Shown: positions 1-5,947 of the stretch, piece by piece | Position numbering within the stretch: position 1 is the first letter of the stretch | Layout of the letters: every line of letters begins with the position of its first letter | NCBI GenBank assembly: GCA_964590855.1 | Contig: CAZPXJ010000004.1 | Location: forward strand, 27,715-51,714 | Direction of reading: 5' to 3' | DNA from: an uncultured archaeon | Lineage (GTDB): Archaea; Asgardarchaeota; Heimdallarchaeia; Heimdallarchaeales; Heimdallarchaeaceae | Length of the DNA: 24,000 nt | Position numbers and translations under genes: made by a program | Notes under the pieces: generated by a model | Databases searched by the model: none | Told to the model about the DNA's origin: nothing | What the model saw: only the letters and a program-made list of their open reading frames with translations

Positions 1-621
1 TTTGGTTGCATCAAACAATTTGGGTAAATCTTCAGGTTTTTTACTTGCAGCAAGATATTTTGAGAATATTTTATCGTATTTCTCTTTATCATCTTTTGCT
101 AATTGTTTCGCGTAAGCTTTAATGTGTTCACCTCTGATTCTATCTTCAGGGGGAACCATTTTTTCATTATAAGGCACAGAGATACCTGCATCAACAACAC
201 CCTTCAATGTAGCAAAAATTCTTGTACCAGGGTTGACTGCAAAAGTTCCTACATCTAGTATAGCTTCCTTAATCTTAGCTTTGGCTGCTTTCTTACCAGC
301 TAGATAGCCTGTAAGATAAGCAGCAGGTAGATTTGAGGTAGCTACATCCCATCCATGTTCTTTTAAATCGTTAGATTTTACTTGAACAAAAGTACGATCA
401 CCACCAATTTTTGATTCAACAAATTGAACCATAACTTGTTTATTGGAAGGACGGGCTACAAAACGTATTTTTCCTGATTTTAGGAGTCTTTTACGTTGTT
501 GATAATCAGTCTTCATTTCTCTGCGTCTTCTAAAAGGCACTCTATATAGTGGACCCTGCTTTTTCTGCTTTTGTTGCAATTTACGTTTCTTCTTGAAACC
601 TCTTCTTCTTCGTCTTGACAT
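1..621 (-). CDS. rpl18: 50S ribosomal protein uL18 (L18P/eukaryotic L5 type), 3' end runs off the left edge
   Basis: Not in the ORF track. My translation from the ATG at 621..619 gives MSRRRRRGFKKKRKLQQKQKKQGPLYRVPFRRRREMKTDYQQRKRLLKSGKIRFVARPSNKQVMVQF... The PLYRVPFRRRRExKTDY block is the hallmark uL18 N-terminus. The frame stays open to position 1, and the gene follows eL19 as in the archaeal spc cluster. Confidence 0.9.
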   Translation of the reverse strand, partial: MSRRRRRGFKKKRKLQQKQKKQGPLYRVPFRRRREMKTDYQQRKRLLKSGKIRFVARPSNKQVMVQFVESKIGGDRTFVQVKSNDLKEHGWDVATSNLPAAYLTGYLAGKKAAKAKIKEAILDVGTFAVNPGTRIFATLKGVVDAGISVPYNEKMVPPEDRIRGEHIKAYAKQLAKDDKEKYDKIFSKYLAASKKPEDLPKLFDATK

Positions 622-633
622 AATTACACCTCA

Positions 634-1098
634 TTACAATTCCGGAAGACGTTTCTTTGCCAAATCATGTTCAGCAATATAGTTTCGAAGATAACGAACA
701 GAACGGAAAAGACCACCTTTTGATTGGAGATAGAGCTTTCTATAATTAATTGTATCAATATATCCTTCATCTCTAAGAGATTTCAGATATTTTCTTTGAG
801 CTCTAATCTTGTTTATCCATCTATCTTTGCTTGAAAGACGAGAATATTTAGGTCCTTTTCGACTTCCTGGTCCGATTCTTTGTCCCTTTTTCTTTTTGGC
901 TGCAACTGCTCTTGCTCTTCCCCTGCTGATTCCTTTAACTTTACGTTTTCGGATATCACCATCATCAATATGACGGCGAACATCTTCGCGGGTAATAGCT
1001 AAAGCAACATCAGGTAGGCTTTCTGGATCAATCTTAACACGATTAACTCCAATCTTGAGTATTTTTGCAGCAATTCTTCTTTGGGTTTTAACGTCCAT
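634..1098 (-). CDS. rpl19e: 50S ribosomal protein eL19
   Basis: The track ORF 634..1104 starts at TTG. I prefer the ATG at 1098 (MDVKTQRRIAAKILKIGVNRVKIDPE...), which is preceded by GTGAGGT. The N-terminus is typical of eL19 and the stop is TAA. Confidence 0.92.
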   Translation of the reverse strand: MDVKTQRRIAAKILKIGVNRVKIDPESLPDVALAITREDVRRHIDDGDIRKRKVKGISRGRARAVAAKKKKGQRIGPGSRKGPKYSRLSSKDRWINKIRAQRKYLKSLRDEGYIDTINYRKLYLQSKGGLFRSVRYLRNYIAEHDLAKKRLPEL

Positions 1099-1124
1099 AA
1101 TCAAACCTCACTTCAGTTTCTTTA

Positions 1125-1652
1125 CTATGAAGATTCCTCCTCTGGTTCTTCATCTAGTTCTAGATCTTCATCCATATCGATTTCTTCGTCGAAATCAAAT
1201 TCATCATCAAGGAGTTCATATTCTTCTTCAAGCAAACCTTCGTCGAGTACATCCCCAAACTCTTCTAATCGAGCTGGAGGATTGATTATCTTTAGCCCTA
1301 AATCTGACGCAGCATCTAAAATAGCCTGCCGTTTTCGAGCACCCACAGTATGCTTAATAATAATTGCTTCTTTTTCTTTATCTACTTCATCAAGTTCGTA
1401 GATATTAGCAACATGAACTACCTCAAATCCAGACGGATGGAGACCTCTGACAGCTTTGGGTCCTCTATAACCAATACTGGCCATACGAGGATAACCTCGG
1501 CGTTTCTCTTGCATTTTATTATCAATACCCTTAGGCTTGCGCCAACTTTTCTTAACCCTGTTGTAACGCCAACTTTCTTGACGTACAAACTTAGGTCTAC
1601 GAGCATTGATCTGCTTTCGTTTTTCCAATAATTTTTTCTTATCGGCTGTCAT
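1125..1652 (-). CDS. rpl32e: 50S ribosomal protein eL32 with an acidic C-terminal extension of about 48 aa
   Basis: RPKFVRQESWRYNRVKKSWRKPKGIDNKM is the eL32 signature. The track start at 1658 is TTG and the first ATG is at 1652. The tail EEFGDVLDEGLLEEEYELLDDEFDFDEEIDMDEDLELDEEPEEESS is in frame and ends in TAG. Confidence 0.9.
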   Translation of the reverse strand: MTADKKKLLEKRKQINARRPKFVRQESWRYNRVKKSWRKPKGIDNKMQEKRRGYPRMASIGYRGPKAVRGLHPSGFEVVHVANIYELDEVDKEKEAIIIKHTVGARKRQAILDAASDLGLKIINPPARLEEFGDVLDEGLLEEEYELLDDEFDFDEEIDMDEDLELDEEPEEESS

Positions 1653-1705
1653 AGGCAATCACAGTAGAATGTTACCTTGTAATGTACGCTACCTTCCTTC
1701 TGGAG

Positions 1706-1729
1706 TTTTTAATACTTTTTATTGGTAAG
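1706..1729 (-). promoter_or_regulatory. Promoter-like AT-rich motif (TATA/BRE candidate) upstream of rpl32e; second copy at 5781..5804
   Basis: The plus strand reads TTTTTAATACTTTTTATTGgTAAG, and the minus sense reads CTTAcCAATAAAAAGTATTAAAAA. The 19-mer TTTTTAATACTTTTTATTG is identical at 5781..5799. The motif lies about 50 nt upstream of the rpl32e ATG and just downstream of a T8 terminator for rpl6. Confidence 0.5.
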
Positions 1730-1777
1730 AAATTTAGCTAAGAGAATGAATCAATAAAAGAAAGTTAAACAATTGTT

Positions 1778-1785
1778 AAAAAAAA
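1778..1785 (-). terminator. Oligo-T (T8) archaeal terminator candidate after rpl6
   Basis: An A8 run on the plus strand gives T8 on the transcribed minus strand. It sits about 19 nt after the rpl6 stop, inside the unusually long 151-bp gap between rpl6 and rpl32e. Confidence 0.45.
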
Positions 1786-1803
1786 CAGAAATAGAAGTGG
1801 CAA

Positions 1804-2355
1804 TTATTCCTTGTGCCACAACCATACGCCATCCATGAAAGTTTCAGGATCTTTCTTTCTCTTACCACGTAGTCGACAAGCTTCTTGCATATTTGCAGTT
1901 GTTTGACCTACTGCTTCCTTGTCAATCCCTTCAATAATTACATCGTCTTTATCAATAGTAACCTTGGTATCTTCTCCCTTTATATCTACCATAATGTTTT
2001 TTCTTCCACCATATAGGTTCTTGATAGTAACGATTCTCTTCTTATTGTCTGGTTCAACAGTTATAGGAAAGTGGCTAAAGATTATTTTTGACTTATAGAC
2101 ATACCCATGTAAAGTACCTTTTATCATATTGTTGATATAGCCAACAACAGCAAGTGTAGCAGCTTTTCGTTTTTTGTTTATGTAATAAGCTTTTATGTGA
2201 ACTATCTTTCCTTTCTTACTGATATCAAAATCAACATTCTCAAAGCTTTTCGTCAAAGAACCTTTGGGTCCTTCAACTGTAACTATTTTGTTCTTGACTG
2301 TCAATTTCAAATCTTCAGGAACTTCAATTTCTTTTTCTAAGTAGAGTTGCTTCAT
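1804..2355 (-). CDS. rpl6: 50S ribosomal protein uL6
   Basis: The 183-aa product (MKQLYLEKEIEVPEDLKLTVKNKIVTVEGPKGSLTKSF...) shows the two-domain uL6 pattern. An AAGGTGA Shine-Dalgarno site lies upstream and the gene has the conserved cluster position. Confidence 0.9.
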   Translation of the reverse strand: MKQLYLEKEIEVPEDLKLTVKNKIVTVEGPKGSLTKSFENVDFDISKKGKIVHIKAYYINKKRKAATLAVVGYINNMIKGTLHGYVYKSKIIFSHFPITVEPDNKKRIVTIKNLYGGRKNIMVDIKGEDTKVTIDKDDVIIEGIDKEAVGQTTANMQEACRLRGKRKKDPETFMDGVWLWHKE

Positions 2356-2366
2356 TACATATCACC

Positions 2367-2756
2367 TTAGTATATATAGGCCAATAAACGACCACCGATT
2401 GCTTTTTCTTTGGCGTCTTCATGAGTCATCACTCCTTCAGGAGTAGTCATTATGAGTATGCCAAAACCTCTTGCTGGCAAGTAATTTCGTTCTTCAACTT
2501 CAAAATGATCCTTCTTCACTGGAAAGCGGGGTTTAATAACTCCACATTTGTTGATACGTCCTAGTAACTGAATTTCAAACATTCCACCTCGATGATTCTC
2601 GATAAACTCAAGTTCTCCAAGATATCCTGCTCGTTGAGCCGTTCTTAGAACGTTTGCAATCATTTTACTTGCTGGTTTGACTGTGACGGTTTTCTTACCT
2701 GTTTTTTCTGCGTTTAATATTGCAGACATTGCATCTGCTAAAGTATCCATTTGCAT
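2367..2756 (-). CDS. rps8: 30S ribosomal protein uS8
   Basis: MQMDTLADAMSAILNAEKTGKK... is a uS8 N-terminus. The track start at 2780 is a GTG overlapping rps14. I prefer the ATG at 2756, which is preceded by AGGAGGAAAG. Confidence 0.88.
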   Translation of the reverse strand: MQMDTLADAMSAILNAEKTGKKTVTVKPASKMIANVLRTAQRAGYLGELEFIENHRGGMFEIQLLGRINKCGVIKPRFPVKKDHFEVEERNYLPARGFGILIMTTPEGVMTHEDAKEKAIGGRLLAYIY

Positions 2757-2769
2757 TTTTCTTTCCTCC

Positions 2770-2937
2770 TTAGCCTCCACGACTTCCTGTTTTCTTGAAG
2801 CCGATTTTGGAATATATCTCTCTTATGCACCGTCGGCAAACAAATAAGCCTCCACGTCTGATAATGGCTTTATGAGTTCCACAACGTCTACATGTTCTTG
2901 ATCCTTTTCCATATTTGATTTCTCGTTTTTCCTGCAT
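2770..2937 (-). CDS. rps14: 30S ribosomal protein uS14 (zinc-binding short type, eS29-like), 55 aa
   Basis: The ORF is below the track's size cut-off. My translation is [55 protein letters not shown]. It carries the CxxC...CxxC zinc ribbon typical of archaeal S14 and sits between uL5 and uS8 as expected. Confidence 0.88.
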   Translation of the reverse strand: MQEKREIKYGKGSRTCRRCGTHKAIIRRGGLFVCRRCIREIYSKIGFKKTGSRGG

Positions 2938-2946
2938 TTCCGTCAC

Positions 2947-3513
2947 CTAAATTATCTTCATATCAAATTCTGTAGCTACAAATTCCATTGCTTCTTCGGG
3001 TGAAACATAATGTTTCTTAGGTAGCTTTTGTCTCTTTCTCTGCCTATACTTTACTCGATATCCTGGACGTTCAATTTTTACTATAACATTGAAACCAATT
3101 GTACCTAACATTGGATCAAATGGAGCATCTTCAATATCTACATGCTCAGTGATACCAAAAGCAAAGTTTCCTTGTTGGTCAAAAGAACTTGATTTGACTT
3201 CATAATCGTAAGCATAGAGTAGTCTTCGAAGTAAAACTGGTGCTTCTTCTCCCCTCAGTGTTACTACTGCAGCGATTGGTTCTCCTTTACGAATTCCAAA
3301 ACCTCTAATTGATTCTTTTGCTGGTCGATCTACTGGTTCTCTCTTTGTTATTTGTCTGAGTATTTCTTTTGCTCTTTCAAATCTAGGACCAGATTCACCA
3401 ACACTAGTATTAATGATTAAGGCTTTTAATCGAGGTTTTTTCATTGGATGTTTTTCCCATTCTTCAGTAAATTTGGGAATGAATGCTTCTTGTTCTATAA
3501 CTTCTTCTGTCAT
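2947..3513 (-). CDS. rpl5: 50S ribosomal protein uL5
   Basis: The 188-aa product contains ...MKKPRLKALIINTSVGESGPRFERAKEILRQITKREPV..., which is uL5-like. A GGTGA Shine-Dalgarno site lies upstream and the cluster position fits. Confidence 0.9.
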   Translation of the reverse strand: MTEEVIEQEAFIPKFTEEWEKHPMKKPRLKALIINTSVGESGPRFERAKEILRQITKREPVDRPAKESIRGFGIRKGEPIAAVVTLRGEEAPVLLRRLLYAYDYEVKSSSFDQQGNFAFGITEHVDIEDAPFDPMLGTIGFNVIVKIERPGYRVKYRQRKRQKLPKKHYVSPEEAMEFVATEFDMKII

Positions 3514-3523
3514 CCTTTGTCAC

Positions 3524-4270
3524 CTACTTCTCATCCACAATAGTTACACTCGGCGATTGGTTCCCTACAACGAAAATATATCTGTAGAGAGTAACCAAGT
3601 TTTCTCCTTCAGGAGTACTCAATGTAACTGTTTTTGTCTGCTTAGTACCATGGGTACTAATCTCTTCAATAGTCCCGTGCTTACCCATCCATCTACCACT
3701 TGTTACGAAACCATAATTACCAACTTTGAGCTCATACTTCTCAATAATCTTCTGATCTGGAAGTGAAATCTTTAAGGTATCATGGGTCAGATAGTTAGTT
3801 GTAGCGGATTCTTCTTCACTAAGAACTATATTTCTTCCATCATGTAGATTAAGTTGGATCAAACCATCTTTGATAGCTGTCTTATTCCTAATCTGGCACA
3901 ATTTCTCTCTTGTTTCAGCTTCTTTAATTGAAACAGGTCTTAATCCCTGTTTAAGTGCGTATATCATTCTGTAATGTTTTTGCATCTTGGGTAAGGATAG
4001 AACATCCATGAATCCTAAGGGATGTTTTCTATTTGTTTTAACCTTACCATCAATTACAACATTACGTTCGAATAAAATACGTTTAACTTCACTCATATTG
4101 CGTGCATAATGAAACATATCTCTTAGTAATATTGCAACTGGGATACAATCATCTGCAGAATGGGGACCAGGAGCTGGTCTCACTGCATATGTGAAAGCTT
4201 TCTTGTGAATAGGAATATGTTTAGAAACAACATATCTCTTTAAGTGTCGTTTTCCTCCACCTTTTGTCAT
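3524..4270 (-). CDS. rps4e: 30S ribosomal protein eS4
   Basis: MTKGGGKRHLKRYVVSKHIPIHKKAFTYAVRPAPGPH is an eS4 N-terminus. The ATG overlaps the rpl24 TGA stop (ATGA) and is preceded by GAGGAGGAAT. Confidence 0.92.
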   Translation of the reverse strand: MTKGGGKRHLKRYVVSKHIPIHKKAFTYAVRPAPGPHSADDCIPVAILLRDMFHYARNMSEVKRILFERNVVIDGKVKTNRKHPLGFMDVLSLPKMQKHYRMIYALKQGLRPVSIKEAETREKLCQIRNKTAIKDGLIQLNLHDGRNIVLSEEESATTNYLTHDTLKISLPDQKIIEKYELKVGNYGFVTSGRWMGKHGTIEEISTHGTKQTKTVTLSTPEGENLVTLYRYIFVVGNQSPSVTIVDEK

Positions 4271-4854
4271 GATGATTCCTCCTCTGGTTTAACATCTGAT
4301 TCTTCCTCTGATTCTTCCTCGATCTCTTCATCGAGTTCATCGAGTTCATCCATTTCAATATCTTCGAATTCTTCATCGAGCAATTCTTCACTTTCTAAAG
4401 CATCAATATCATCAAGAGCTTCTACAGTTTCTTCCTCGTCATCGAATATACCTTCGGTTAATTCCTCTTCGGTAATCTCTTTCTTTGAACGTCTTTGAAT
4501 AATCTCTCTTCTTCTCTTGTCTCTTAGATTTAGAGAAGTAATTATGATGTTACTTGGATGAACAGGAAAACTAACTATGGTTCCATCAGCTTTTTCTTTA
4601 CTATGTCCCTCAACATGAATAGAATATCTTAGAGGGAGAACACGTATCACTTTTCCTTTGATTTCTTCATCTTTTGAAATGTTTTTGTAAACTATCACTT
4701 TGTCATCTTTATGAACTGGGAGACGTTTAATACCATATTTTTCTCTTAATGTATGAGATAATAGAGCAGTCATTTTTCGATTTCTTAAATGATAATCTGC
4801 TTTAAAATGGCTCTTTCTTTGTTTTCGAGGTTGTTTTGATTGTGTTTGCTTCAT
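4267..4854 (-). CDS. rpl24: 50S ribosomal protein uL24 with an acidic C-terminal extension of about 69 aa
   Basis: KQPRKQRKSHFKADYHLRNRKMTALLSHTLREKYGIKRLPVHKDDKVIV shows the uL24/eL26-type KOW domain. The track start at 4863 is a GTG abutting the rpl14 stop. I prefer the ATG at 4854, downstream of AGGTGA. The tail runs from ...EEELTEGIFDDEEE... to ...DVKPEEESS. Confidence 0.88.
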   Translation of the reverse strand: MKQTQSKQPRKQRKSHFKADYHLRNRKMTALLSHTLREKYGIKRLPVHKDDKVIVYKNISKDEEIKGKVIRVLPLRYSIHVEGHSKEKADGTIVSFPVHPSNIIITSLNLRDKRRREIIQRRSKKEITEEELTEGIFDDEEETVEALDDIDALESEELLDEEFEDIEMDELDELDEEIEEESEEESDVKPEEESS

Positions 4855-4863
4855 CTTTTTCAC

Positions 4864-5280
4864 CTACACAATTATTGAAGCTTGATGAGCAATCCTTGGC
4901 CACCTTTCAGCTGCTTCTTTAGCAACGGGTCCTCGAATTTCGCTTCCTATAGGGTCACCTACTTCATTTGTCAAAACTACAGCATTCTCCTCGAATTGAA
5001 TCCAATCTCCGGATCTACGACGAAAAGCCAGTTTTTGTCTCACTACCACAGCAGGAAAAATTTGTTTTCTTCTCTGTGGGGTTCCTTGTTTGACAGATAC
5101 CATTACCATATCTGCAACTGATGCTTTAGGGATACGGTTAAGTCTACCTCTGTAGTTCTTAACGGCGATAATCTGAACAATACGTGCGCCAGAATTATCT
5201 GCACTTCGCATTCTTGAGCCAACTATTAACCCCTTAGTAATATGAACTTGGGGTCTACCAATAACCTTTCTCTTTGCCAT
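4864..5280 (-). CDS. rpl14: 50S ribosomal protein uL14
   Basis: The 138-aa product contains ...GLIVGSRMRSADNSGARIVQIIAV..., which is uL14-like. A GGTGA Shine-Dalgarno site lies upstream. Confidence 0.92.
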   Translation of the reverse strand: MAKRKVIGRPQVHITKGLIVGSRMRSADNSGARIVQIIAVKNYRGRLNRIPKASVADMVMVSVKQGTPQRRKQIFPAVVVRQKLAFRRRSGDWIQFEENAVVLTNEVGDPIGSEIRGPVAKEAAERWPRIAHQASIIV

Positions 5281-5288
5281 TTTATCAC

Positions 5289-5621
5289 CTAATTTAATTT
5301 TTGAACCACGACAAAACCTACAGTCTTAGCTAGCGGCCTGCATTCTGCAGCCACAACCATATCTCCTTCTTTCACATTCAAACAAGGAGGATTATGAGCA
5401 GAAATTTTTCCATGAGCACGTTCATATCTTCTGTATTTCTTAACATACTTTAGATAATCTCGTCTAATAACAACAGTTCTTCGCATTTTATCTGAAACCA
5501 CCTTTCCTGTGAAGATTCTTCCCCTTACTGGAAGTCTACCATGAAAAGGACATCTTGGATCGTCACATTCAGTAGAAGGTGGTTCAACACCTGGAATACC
5601 TACATTCCTTACTTTACTCAT
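5289..5621 (-). CDS. rps17: 30S ribosomal protein uS17
   Basis: [52 protein letters not shown] is an archaeal S17. I start at the ATG at 5621, preceded by GAGGTGAAAGAA. The 22-aa TTG-initiated extension in the track looks spurious. Confidence 0.9.
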   Translation of the reverse strand: MSKVRNVGIPGVEPPSTECDDPRCPFHGRLPVRGRIFTGKVVSDKMRRTVVIRRDYLKYVKKYRRYERAHGKISAHNPPCLNVKEGDMVVAAECRPLAKTVGFVVVQKLN

Positions 5622-5780
5622 TTCTTTCACCTCGGTATAGCGTCTTATACCCATGCATTCCCGTGTATTCAAAAACAAAGGAAGCAATCATAGCATCAAA
5701 TTTCTTTGAAGTAAGACGTCATTACCAGTGCGTTTTCATATTCTGTACGAATATGTTTCAGGTTTTCGCCCTTTTCTGTC

Positions 5781-5804
5781 TTTTTAATACTTTTTATTGT
5801 TAAG
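5781..5804 (-). promoter_or_regulatory. Second copy of the promoter-like motif, upstream of rps17
   Basis: The plus strand reads TTTTTAATACTTTTTATTGtTAAG, matching 1706..1729 at 23 of 24 positions. It lies about 160 nt upstream of the rps17 ATG, at the head of the minus-strand r-protein block. Confidence 0.45.
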
Positions 5805-5947
5805 TATTTTTAGAAGACTGTTCTCTAGTTAATATTCTTTGACGATTATCTTAAAAAGGTCTTACGCTTTGAGTATAACTAGAGGTATACAAATTGGGTG
5901 ATAAATCACTCAATTTTTAAATTGGACATATCGACCTATACAAAAAG

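Noticed and set aside
1081-1401. Ser-rich plus-strand ORF (106 aa). Similar cases are 1055-1285(+), 4244-4498(+) and the S/F/A-rich 9578-10075(-).
   Set aside because: They lie exactly antisense to the D/E- or K/E-rich tails of eL32, uL24 and uS3. GAA/GAG/GAT codons read backwards give TTC/CTC/ATC, with no stops. These are shadow ORFs, whereas the sense frames are contiguous with conserved r-protein domains.
5622-5687. N-terminal extension of 22 aa on the rps17 track ORF ([22 protein letters not shown]).
   Set aside because: It starts at TTG and does not resemble uS17. The internal ATG at 5621 has a GAGGTGA Shine-Dalgarno site and gives the canonical archaeal S17 N-terminus.
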